Source: Octopus sinensis (taxonomy: Eukaryota). From it: DNA of 64,000 nucleotides. Made by a program: the position numbers and the translations under genes. Below are positions 1 through 13,008 of the stretch, one piece after another (within the stretch, counting starts at the first letter, position 1; each line of letters begins with the position of its first letter). The notes under the pieces are model-generated. The model was not told the DNA's origin, did no database searches, and worked only from the letters and a program-made list of their open reading frames with translations. Location of the stretch: assembly GCF_006345805.1 (NCBI RefSeq), contig NC_043017.1, positions 4,402,001 to 4,466,000 of the forward strand, in the 5' to 3' direction.

Positions 1-1796
1 ACATTGGATCATTATATGATGTTGAGAAGTGTTAGGACTGCATGAATTTTTTTAAAATCTACATAAGTGCTCAAAAATTCTATTCACTAATGTTAATTTA
101 GAGAAACATTAGAGCTATGTTTCTCAAAAGTACTGCCATAAATTTTACAGAAATCTGTATTAATATTTGAGCATCTTGGAGACTTGAAATTCATTTTATT
201 ATTATTCACAAATGCGATAAATAAAACAAGGTAAGCATTAGTTTTCTATATGTAACTTCCTAAATGAATTTCATCAGTAATTTCTTTGTTTGATCTCCAG
301 TGTACCACTAAGTCAAATCACCTGAGAATCAGTGCTAAATACCTTGCTCTACATTGTTCTATACCTCTACATTCTGAGTTCAGATTCTGCCATGGTCACC
401 TGTCACTCCTTCCTCATTATATCATTGGGGTACCATTAAGTAATTTTCCTTCATGCAGTGTGTCTCTAGAGGAGTAAAAAGCTGTATGGAAGTTTACATT
501 CCTCTCAAAACTATATTACCTCTGAAATAAAAAAAAGAGTTTATTTTAGCACAGAAGGCTAATGGAACACCTGTCAGCTTGTCAGCATTGCCTCAGCTTA
601 CAGCTGCAGGTTATATTTTTTAGATATTTCTCTGTATCTTGCATTTTGTGAATGATAGCAAGGCTGGTTCTGTGTTTCCAACTTGTGATATGATATCACG
701 AGTGATAAAGGGGAGCCTGTTTTACACGAGTAGAAAAAATACCCCAAAGCATTTGAAAACACTAGATTTACTGCCAATTTTTACCAATATACTATCCCCC
801 CCTCTCTCTCTCTCCACACACACACACACACAGAGCTTCTGTTAAGTTTCTGTACACCAATTTTCACTCCTGAAGCATAGTTCAACCCAAGGCAAGAAAG
901 CACTTGCCTAAGTACTGTGCTATGGGATTGAACCTCTGGACCATGTATATGCAAAGAGAACTTCTTAACAATATAACTACGCTCATAACAACACAAGGTG
1001 TTCCTACTCTTGTTAGAGACAGTGTATTTAATGCTGTTGTCATGGACACAAACCCATCACCACCTGGCTGCTTGTCTCACCTCCTATCCACTGGGCCATA
1101 CCCATTCTCAGATTAGGTTTAATACATTATCTTATATTATCTCTAATATATTAATCTTATGTTATATAATTGATACATATTTCTAATCAACTTCAACTGG
1201 CCTGTTTTCTACACACACACACATGCACACACACATAGTGTGCTTATAAATATGAAAAATGAGATTTTATTGAATATGAAATAAATCAAGATAACTTTGG
1301 TAAATTATAGACACATATTACTATTTATAGTGCATGTGTGATATTTTATATGCAATATTACTCATATTACATGTGTCATGTTACATATATGACATGTGTG
1401 ATATTAATGATATAAGACATGCAATTTTATTTGTATTGCATATAGATTTTTTTTTTTTGCTTGTATTGCAAATTGATAATTAAATCTTAGATTAATTGGT
1501 AGAACTTGTTCAAACTCCTATCAGAGACCTTTGATCAATGGTGGTCAAGCTGTGATTATTCTTGCTTTTTATTCAGACACTGCCTCTAGGACTACAGTAT
1601 CCAAAGTGTCCTTCAGTCGTATCTATGGAAACAGCTTGACCGAATGGTTAAGAGTGGATGTGGCATGGACAAATGGTTAAGTTGCTAGCTTTGTAATTAC
1701 CAGGTCCTGTGTTCAATCTGACTGCTTGGTGTCTTGGGCAAGAATCTTACTGAATGGATTACTCTTGTGATTCCAAGATGGAGCCTTATCACACAT

Positions 1797-1907
<111 letters not shown>

Positions 1908-2877
1908 CCATGTGTGAATTACACTGAAGGCACACATATTCTAATTCACTGAGCAGGTAGTCCAGTTGATCAAATTATTCACTACTCATTACTGAAACTG
2001 ACAGAAATTCATTTACCTTACCATCCAGTCGTAGTGTACCTAGCATTATATTATCCAATGCACTTACCTGTCCACGAGGGGCTCTGCCCTGTCAACTTCT
2101 CCCTTCATCTACATTTCAACCCCTAACACATTCTCTAAAGTGGTTGGCATCAAGAAACCAAGCCGAAAACAGACTATGGAACCTGGTGTGGATCCTGATT
2201 AAAGGTCTTCCAGGTATGACCAACCTGTCTTTTCTTAGCAGTTGAGGTTCTCGTCTGATGCCCTTGTGTGGCATCATGGGGTAAGAGTGTCATTTAAACA
2301 CAGTCTCAGGTTGATTCAAGCCTTATGAGTGAAAATGGGTAGACAGAAACTGTTTGGGAGCCTGTTGAATGGATTGTACCTGAAATTTAAGGATCTAGTT
2401 TTGTTACACTGTTGTACAAATCCTGCCTTAGAATCATGTCAAGGGTACATGTGTCTGTGTAGTTAGTGCTTAGTTACTTACTGATACGATGAGCCTGGCA
2501 GTTCAGTTGATCAAACAACTGAATGCTCGTTGTTGAAACCAATGGAAATCAATTCCTATGTATGTATTCCAAGAATAAGACACCAAGTAAGGACAAGAGA
2601 TAAAGCTGATTATTAATATGAAAACCTTTTTCATCCCTTAAGATATAGTTAATAGTTCCAAAAATTTTATCAAACTTATTAATATCATTTGAGATGTTTA
2701 TTTGGTTTTTTTTTAAATTTTATTTTAGTCTGACTTTGATGATGATGATGATGAAGATGATGATAATTTATAATAATGATAAAATTCCCTGTAAAATGAA
2801 ATTGGTATTTATGAAATGCGTTGTAGCCATTTTACGATAGTTAATCTGTCTTATAGCTTCTTTCTGCTTACTTACAG

Positions 2878-2976
2878 ACGGGAATGCCACCTCCAACCAC
2901 AAAACGGGACCACTGCCTCAAAGAGTTGGTTGACACAGAGAAAAATTATGTTGAAGCCCTATTAATGATTGTGAAT
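2878..2976 (+). CDS. vav: Vav exon, DH start (TGMPPPTTKRDHCLKELVDTEKNYVEALLMIVN)
   Basis: ttacag acceptor, gtaagt donor, 99 nt, first conserved DH helix. Confidence 0.95.
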
Positions 2977-5900
2977 GTAAGTAATTTATTCTTTCAGTGA
3001 CTCAGTATTAAGTTGAAAAGGAGCAGGGGTCCACCTCCCTGCCTTCCATTCATATAGAATAGAAGGAAGAGAATACATCCCTTTCTTTTTTTTCTTGAAT
3101 GTTTGAGTCAGGAGGTAAGGATCAGTGTCATCAGCACTGACCCTTTCTTCCTGACTTAGCCATTGAGATCACTTTGGCTGATGTTCAGTTTGAGCATCTG
3201 TGAGTTGATCTCTGAATGTCTAAACCATTCTTCCTTCCTTCTTTATTTCTCCTTTTTCTTTCTTTTTCTCTTTTCTTTCATTTTTGTAAGATAGTCTGGA
3301 CGAAAGGGTAAGTACTCACGACCCTTGTCAGCTTTTCCCAGACTGTTGAAATTGCTATGGTTGATGTTCAGTTGAAACATGCCTCATTCCCCACTTTACA
3401 TATTTCAGTTCTGACACAGTAGAGGTCAGGTGGATAAGACCCAAGTGCAACCTCTTTATGGGTGATAAATTCAAATATACTAGTAGTGTTTATCTGAGTA
3501 GAACACTCTGCGTTAGATCTCAAGCTGAGGGATGAAAATATTGGAACAGTATCAATGTGGTAGGCATGTCCAGCTTGAACACACAGTTCACTTATTGTCT
3601 TGGTTAAACCATTTTGCCAAGTGAAATCACCATGCCAAGTTGAACCACCTAGCCAAGTTGAATATATATATGTGTGTGTGTGTGTGTGTGTATACTTCTG
3701 TGTGTGTGTGTGTGTCTCTGTCTCCTTGACATTGCATGAAAGTTGTGAATGAAGGCTATTGTCATACAAGCAGTATCATTCATTCCAGTATTCTGCAAAG
3801 GCATATCTGGGCATGGGAAAAATGTTATTTTGCTTGGAAACAGGTGAAGGTTGGCAACAGGAAAGGGATCCAGCTGTAGAAAATTTGCCTCAATAAACTA
3901 TATCCAATCCATGCAAGCATTAGAAAAGTAGACGTTAAGACAGTAATGATGATAATGCATTCAAATTCACTCTGATACACTGTGTCCAGAATAAGACACT
4001 TGATATCAGTTGGAGAGTGAGTTGATTGAAACATAGATCGTTAGCCACTACACACATTTTTTCTCTCCTTTTTTTCTTTCTTTTTCTCTTTTCTTTCATT
4101 TTTGTAAGATAGTCTGGACGAAAGGGTAAGTACTCACGACCCTTGTCAGCTTTTCCCAGACTGTTGAAATTGCTATGGTTGATGTTCAGTTGAAACATGC
4201 CTCATTCCCCACTTTACATATTTCAGTTCTGACACAGTAGAGGTCAGGTGGATAAGACCCAAGTGCAACCTCTTTATGGGTGATAAATTCAAATATACTA
4301 GTAGTGTTTATCTGAGTAGAACACTCTGCGTTAGATCTCAAGCTGAGGGATGAAAATATTGGAACAGTATCAATGTGGTAGGCATGTCCAGCTTGAACAC
4401 ACAGTTCACTTATTGTCTTGGTTAAACCATTTTGCCAAGTGAAATCACCATGCCAAGTTGAACCACCTAGCCAAGTTGAATATATATATGTGTGTGTGTG
4501 TGTGTGTGTATACTTCTGTGTGTGTGTGTGTGTCTCTGTCTCCTTGACATTGCATGAAAGTTGTGAATGAAGGCTATTGTCATACAAGCAGTATCATTCA
4601 TTTCCAGTATTCTGCAAAGGCATATCTGGGCATGGGAAAAATGTTATTTTGCTTGGAAACAGGTGAAGGTTGGCAACAGGAAAGGGATCCAGCTGTAGAA
4701 AATTTGCCTCAATAAACTATATCCAATCCATGCAAGCATTAGAAAAGTAGACGTTAAGACAGTAATGATGATAATGCATTCAAATTCACTCTGATACACT
4801 GTGTCCAGAATAAGACACTTGATATCAGTTGGAGAGTGAGTTGATTGAAACATAGATCGTTAGCCACTACACACATTTTTTTCTCTCCTTTTTTTCTTTC
4901 CTTTTTTTCTTTGCTTGTTTTTTCTGTGTCCCTTTCTGTAGAAGAGCGTAGGCTCGAAACGTAAAAGACTTTCAGTTCCTGAGCGTTATACTAATACATC
5001 TGTTTGTTTTGTACACCACCTGTCTTCGTCTTTTGTTTTTTTTTTCGTAAACTCTCCTGTATATATAAATATTTCTTTAAAAAAAAAATGCTTCACCTCT
5101 AAAGAGTATGTTAACAGTCTGAAACATAATTGGTTTTTTTTTCCCCACATCTTTTCAGCATTTTAGTAAACCTCTTCGAAATGTTTTACCTCCACAAGAG
5201 CGAGAAATTATATTCAAGCACATAGAAGTAAGAGGGATCTTTATATTTTTCGCCCCAACTAAATTTCTCTTCCAGCATTTTGTATCTTGTATCTATGTTT
5301 TAACGTTTCTATTTCTTTCTCCTTATTCAGCCTCTTTTGGAAGTTCATCAGGCCTTTCACAGTGAACTCTTGAAGGCCTGCTCGAAAGGTGTACCTAAAA
5401 TTAGTGAGGTGTTCATTAAACATAAACCTAAATTTCTCATTTATGGGGACTTTTGTTCCAACTTGCCCCAGGCACAAGACCTCATTGATGAAGCATGCAA
5501 GCGTAGTGAATTAGTGAGAAATTCCATTGAAGTAAGTTCCTTGATTTGCTTTTTAAATCTTTTTTATTTTTTGTTTGTTCCACAGTTGCCTATTCATCTT
5601 TCATTAGTTCAGAAAAACTCTCTTGTGAACTACCAAAATATCTTCGATATTTGATCATAGTTCTGGAAACATTTGCCAAACTAGCAGAAAAAAACTGCTC
5701 TCTGGGCAGCTTTCTGCTAGGCGCTTGATAATATTTTCACATTTGATTCTCAATTTTAATAATTTTTATGATATTTTATGTCTAATTATATCTTTGTATA
5801 ATAGTGCTCACTTGCTTAGTAAATATTGCTTTCATTGTATCACAGTCATAATCTCTCTTTTTTAAACAAACATCAAGGTAGTCCAACTACATTTAGTGTG

Positions 5901-6725
5901 CAAAAATGCCATCTTTTTTTGTTTTGACTTGCATAAATGTCATTGTTGTTTGTTAATTAATCTTAATCTTAAACATTAAAAGCTACTCTGCAGTGAATGC
6001 AACAAATAGTAGTTCATTCTTGAAACATGAAATTACAAAAAAATTTCCAGATGGTCAAGCCTTTGATAATTGCTTTCTTTTTAACTGTTACATACCTAAC
6101 TAATAAGCAGCTTTCTCCATTACAATATAGATAGCCACCTTCAAAATCATGATAAAGGCAATGACACCTATAAATTTCTCCTGACCCAGTTTCTGCTAGT
6201 TTACGCAAGAAATTCTCAGTATTTGAAATATGTAATGTGACCGAAAGCTTCTGGTTTCAAGTTGAATTGCATGAAACTGCCGGAAAGTTTGCTGTCTTCT
6301 TTCCTACATTTACTATTTCCTACATACTGGATATTTAAAAAATCATGTGAAATTGTCTGACAGTGATAAAATGATGTATGTGTTACCTGTTCAATTTACT
6401 CAGACATATACCACATACAATGTACTGAGATTTGTTGAGATGTTTGGGGGAGAAGGTTAGAAGTCGTAAAATCCTAGACATACGGTCATGCAAGACAATG
6501 TATGCTCTTTTACTTGTTTCAGTCATTTGACTGTGGCCATGCTGGAGCACCGCCTTTAGTCGAGCAAATCGACCCCAGGACTTATTCTTTGGAAGCCTAG
6601 TACTTATTCTATCGGTCTCTTTTGCCGAACCGCTAAGTTACGGGGACGTAAACACACCAGCATCGATTGTCAAGCAATGTTTGGGGAACAAACACAGACA
6701 CACAAACACAGACACACACACACAG

Positions 6726-6790
<65 letters not shown>

Positions 6791-8521
6791 CGACGGGCTT
6801 CTTTCAGTTTCTGTCTAGCAAATCCACTCACAAGGCTTTGGTCGGCCCGAGGCTATAGTAGAAGGCACTTGCTGAAGGTGCCACGCAGTGGGACTGAACC
6901 CAGAACCAAGCTACTTACCACACAGCCACGCCTGCGCCTATGCGGAAACTTGAAATATGTTGAGAGGACCAGAAGCAAGTCTCTTGGCACTATAAGTATT
7001 AGGGAGTAACACTCCAAAACTGAATATCACCCATAAATTTCCTCCTCTACACAATTATAATAGAAACATTAGCAACATGTTGTTGGTTCTCTAGTTTGAC
7101 ATCAGCCATTAAACATGTATGTTTTGTTTGATAAACAAAGTTTCAAGTCCCCCATTATAATTACTGATTATATATTTATTGCAATTTTGATTCCGTTGCT
7201 TCTGTTATCACTGATCATTGACTAAATTCTTTTCTTTTTTTTTTGCTTTTATCTAACTCTGTTCTTTCTCTCTCCATAATCTTCTTTCATACTTCAAAGG
7301 AGTGTCAGACAAGAGCAAATGATGGAAAATTTCGTCTCCGAGACCTTCTCTCTGTGCCGATGCAGCGTGTCCTCAAATATCATCTGTTACTGAAGGTATG
7401 ATGAGCAATACATACTCATTAAATGAGTCGCCATGATAGATCGTTAGCCACTACACACATTCTTTTCTCTCCTTGTTTCTCTTCCTGTTTTTTCTGTGTC
7501 TCTTTCTGTAGAAGAGTGTAGGCTCAAAACGTAAAAGACTTTTTCTATTCCTGAGCATTATACTAATACATCTGTTTGTTTTGTACACCACCTGTCTTTG
7601 TCATTTTTTTTTCCATAAACTCTCCATATATATATATATATAGCCACTACACAATTTTTTTTCTCTCCTTCTTTCTCTTCTTGTTTTTTTCTCTATCCCT
7701 TTCTGAAGAAGAGCGTAGGCTCGAAACGTAAAAGACTTTTTCAATTCCTGAGCGTTATACTAATACATTTGTTTGTTTTGTACACCACCCGTCTTCGTCT
7801 TTTGTTTTCTTCCATAAACTCTCCCCATACTCCTTAAACACTCTGTCTTCATATTCTCTTTATATTGTATATATAATTGTACACACACGCACACATACTC
7901 ACACATACACACACATTCAAAGACTGGAAAATTTTGTGTATTTTTAATTCTATATTACACATGCTTCATCACAGTATTGGAAATATATAACCAATATAAA
8001 AATTATTATTTATCATAATAATAATACTATGAATATGATAATAGTTATACACATGTTAACTGCATTCATGAGGACACAGCTTGGATTATAAACCCCTTCC
8101 GTCTCTCTCTCTCTTGCTCTCTCTGTCACACACACACACACTTACTTTGTCTTTATGTTTATTTTCTTTTAAACATTTTCTCTCTGCAGGAATTAATTAA
8201 GCAAACAGATAAAACGGATGATGATCGGAAGAATCTAGAAATAGCTTTGGAAGCTATGCAGGTCAGTCTCTATAAGTTTTCTAAAATATTTTTTTTTACT
8301 TTTTTTTTTTTACTTTTTACTTGGTTCAGTCATTTGACTGCAGCCATGCTGGAGCACCACCTTTAGTCGAGCAAATCGACCCCCAAGACTTATTCTTTGT
8401 AAGCCCAGTACTTATTCTATCGGTCCCTTTTGCCGAACTGCTATGTTACGGGAACGTAAACACACCAGCATCGGTTGTCAAGTGATGTTGGGGAGGGGCA
8501 AACACAGACACACAAACATAT

Positions 8522-8571
<50 letters not shown>

Positions 8572-11500
8572 CGGGCTTCTTTCAGTTTCCGTCTACCAAA
8601 TCCACTCACAAGGCTTTGGTCAGCCCGAGGCTATAGTAGAAGACACTTACCCAAGGTGCCACGCAGTGGGACTGAACCTGGAACCATGTGGTTGGTAAGC
8701 AAGCTACTTACCACACAGCCACTCCTGCACCTATAAGCATCTTTACTCAGTGTCTTTGCTGTGTAATCAAAATGTTGATGATGATGATGCTGCTGTGTTT
8801 GCATTTGTAGCCATGATTGTGCTATACTACTGTACGTGCGTAGTGTAGATGCTGGCAGGGGTGTGTGGTAAAGAAGTTAGCTCTGAAATCCTGAGGCCGT
8901 GGGTTTCATAACCTGGGAACTCATGATTACATACTGTACTTCAAAGAGTTAGCCTCATCACACAATACTGTGGAATACTCAGCCACATGCATTACAACTC
9001 ATTGACCAAACAGTTGAGTTTGAGAACTGGAATATTCCTTGTCGAAACCTAATGGAAATCCATTGAATATTGTGGTCTTTGTGTGTGTGTGTGTCTGTTT
9101 TGCTGTGAGTATATTTGTTGTTGGTGTGAGTAGTGTATATAGAATGAAATAAAATGCAAAAAGAGTACCAAACTCAAGTACTTTGTTCCTACCCCAAACA
9201 CACACACAAATCCATAGAATCTAAATTCTTTACTGCCAGATATTGATAACCTGAAAGATACAATTTTTTTTGTTTTTTTTTTGTTTTTAAATCTCTTTGT
9301 CTTAAAGGCTTTGTCCATCATGTTAGAGCTTTCTTCGCACAAAAGCATATAAAACTTACTGAAATTTATATCTTATCACCACTGCTAGCTTCTTTGGATT
9401 CTGGATTTTTATTTGCATGCGTGCGTGTGCACACACACACATACTCACACCACACACATTTATAATTATTGACTCTGTCTCTCTCTCTCTCTCTTTCAGG
9501 ATTTATCATTATATGTAAATGAAGTGAAGCGTGACAATGAAGCTGTTGACCTTATTGAAGAAATTCAAAACAGGTAGGACTCCTCTCCATCCTTGTTGCT
9601 GATATTAGTCTGGTGGTGGTGGTGGTGGTGGTGGTGGTGGTGGTGGTGGTGGTGGTGGTGGTGGTGGTGGTGGTGGTGGTAGTAGTACTATTAGTGGTGT
9701 CAGTGGGGGAAATGGTTGTGGTTATGGTAGAAGCGGTAAGTTTGTGTGATGGTTATGTCAGTGGTTGGGTGGCTATACTGCTACTTCTAAGGCGGCGAGC
9801 TGGCAGAAACGTTAGCACGCCGGGCGAAATGCTTAGCGGTATTTCGCCTGCCGTTATGTTGTGAGTTCAAATTCCGCCGAGGTCGACTTTGCCTTTCATC
9901 CTTTCGGGGTCGATTAAATAAGTACCAGTTACGCACTGGGGTCAATGTAATCGACTTAATCTGTTTGTCTGTCCTTGTTTGTCTCCTCTGTGTTTAGCCC
10001 CTTGTGGGCAATAAAGAAACATATACTGCTACTTGTAAAATTATTACACCATCATCATAATCATATAATAATTTAGTATTTGTTTTCCATGCTGGCATGG
10101 ATGGGTTGGATGTTTTGACAGAAGCCAGTAAGATGGAGAGCTGCACCAGACTCCAACTGGCCGTTTTGGTATTGTTTCTACACTTGGATGCCCTTCCTAA
10201 TGCCTATTTCTTTATTACCAACAAGGGGCTAAACACAGAGAGGACAAAGACAGACAAACGGATTAAGGTGATTACATCGTCCCCAGTGCGTAACTGGTAC
10301 TTAATTTATCGACCCCGAAAGGATGAAAGGCAAAGTCGACCTCTGCGGAATTTGAACTCGCAACGTAACGACAGACGAAATACGCCTACGCATTTCACCC
10401 GGCATGCTAACGTTTCCGCAAGCTCGCCGCCTTCTGCCCTTCCTAATGCCAACCACTTTATAAGGTGTTCTGGGTACTTTTTGCATGGCACCAGCATGTG
10501 AAAATTCAAATTTTGCATTAGAAGCAACTCTATAGTGTAAACTTCATCAACATTACATACTTAATGGATGTGTTTTGTTAAAAACTTGTAACTGTTGTAT
10601 TTTGTCAAAGAGACTAGTTATATATACTTCTGGTTGGCGTTGCAGATGCGTTTGGGGAATGGAGTGAGCATACAACACCAACAAGCGTCAAAAACTGCAA
10701 TATTATCGGTTGTTCTTTCTGTTTCACTTCCAAGACAGTTTCATTTTGCCTAGCCTTGAAAGCGGGGACAGGGGACACCCCTCACGCACTGAGCGCTCGA
10801 TCTTGAATGGCTTCGAAAGGAAACCATTTACTTTTACGACGGACTCAATGTCGCTGTACAACGCAGCAATCCAACCGCGGAAGGTCGGGCCCAGACCAGC
10901 CTTCTCGAGGACCACCGCCAAGTACCGATGGTCGACCCTATCGAATGCCTTAGACTGGTCTAAATGTACCAGTGTGCCCCCTGCGCCAAACAGCTTCCCT
11001 ACCCTCTCTAAAGAGTAGCATATAAGGTGGAGATTTTCGTGGATCGACCTGCTCGGGATAGTGTGCGTTTGCGCTTCCCCAACAAGTTTGTCCACAACCT
11101 GCACCAACCTTTTCACTAGCACCTTGGTCAAAATCTTTAACTCTGTGTTCAGCAGAGTTATGGGCCTGAAGTTCCCTATCTGTGTTTTTCTAACACTATA
11201 TATCTTTAAAGAGACTTCCGTAGCTATAAGCATTAAACAACACACATACATTAAATTTGTGATGTTGATAATTAAATAATGTTGTGGTGCTAACAAGTGT
11301 TCATTTGGATTCTCTTGCACCATATCCCAGCTAACACAATCTCGGAGGAGATAGTGTTAGTTGAGGGCTACCAAACCTGCCACACACAGACAACTTCACC
11401 TTTATATATATAAGGTATTGGACTACCTGCTGTTGTGTCGTAAGTTTGCTGCAAATGTTTTGTGTTTCTGGAATAGAACATTTTATTCTACATTGATTCA

Positions 11501-12969
11501 GTTCACACCTAGTTATTTGTAGGAACATGTACCTTATGTGAAATGTAGTTTGTTATGGACCAACATTCTATGTAGATAGAGGTTTGTCTTTCATTTGCTT
11601 GCATGTTGATTCAGCCTACTCAACTATAATGAGTACCAGTGGGATGCAGGTGCAGCTCTCTCTTCTCTCTCTCTCCTCCTCCTGTCACATCCTGGATATT
11701 TCACTGGGTCAATGTTGAGAAGTTTGAAGCAATTAGCAAAAGCATGATACATGTTACCAAGCCCTCCTTGCCCCAAGAGTGATGATGGTTGGCAGTAATT
11801 TAGTGCGTCAGTAATAACGGTAGCATAATAGCAGTGATGGCTGTGTGTCATTTCGAATTAAGCAGCTCCTGTTTTTATATAACATGATTTTATTTTTGTT
11901 TTGTTTCTCTTTGCAGTATTGTTGATTTACAGATGGTGAGTATCTCCTCTACTCTCATTCTCTTTATTTACCCCCATTTGTTTACCCCTTATCTATCCTG
12001 TCTCCTTTCTTCGAAGAGATGTCTTGCAAACAACTTGCACATGCAAGTGCTACCAATCAAAAACTCCACATACCGGAAGCCAGCAAGTATATGGGTCATC
12101 AGGAGAGGATGCGTGCCGTTTCAGGGCCTACCTCTCGACAGCATCAATGTGCACCAGCCCCCACCTCACTGATATGAGGCCCCGCTTGCTAGATCAGCTG
12201 GTTGTCAAATAAAGCTCAATATTCTTCTAGCCATCGCTCATCGTCTCTTTTTAACCAAATCCAGTGTAGTTTGGATATCGGTCATGGTGGTATTGACTTT
12301 ACGATGAGTTAGGCCTAACGATAACAACAGTCGTCTCACACTGTGTCCAACATCCGACTTTATAATCATTTATATTTATAATATAATATTTATATTTATA
12401 ATCATTTTCATAAGGGTCATTTGGTTACTTTGTGTCTTGGTGAAGGCAACCCATTTAGAAGCCTTGTATCACACAATATGAATGATGGTTTCTCTGATGT
12501 TGGCAATATTTTATATATATATATATATACTTCATTTCCTGCATATGTTAATGCTTGTTTCGATGGCAATGCTGTATATACACATATAATTGTAACTGCT
12601 TTCCCAAATACAGTTGCATTTCATTTTTGAAACTCTGATGAAGCAATAGGGTGATACATAAGCACTAAATGATGAGCGCATTACATCTTACAGCAGAAAC
12701 AGCTGTAAGCTAATGGAGTTCATGACATAATTTCTTACACTCTTGTCATTTTAATTTTTTATTACTGCTCTCTCTTTCTCTCTCTCCACACACACACAAA
12801 CACACACACACACAGATACACATTAAATCACTGGGGTTAATTGTTCTCTTGGCCCCTAATTTGTCTCATTGGCAACAATAACCAACAGGTTCTACTTTTT
12901 ATTGTGATTGAATGGTTAGTGTTAGGAATGGCAGCTGACTGGAAAACAAATCACTTACACTTGCACACA

Positions 12970-13008
<39 letters not shown>

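Noticed and set aside
182-236. Strong donor-like AAG/gtaagc at 230/231 as an upstream Vav exon end
   Set aside because: In-frame TAA at 222-224 for a phase-0 end, no good acceptor, no acidic-region-like peptide
2729-2773. tttag/SDFDDDDDEDDDNL resembling the Vav acidic region
   Set aside because: (GAT)n microsatellite ending in TAA with no donor and no regulatory tyrosines
10097-10527. Recurrent ORF peptide NWYLIYRPRKDERQSRP (also near 41841, 48941, 50007, 55184)
   Set aside because: Antisense translation of SINE family B, not a gene family
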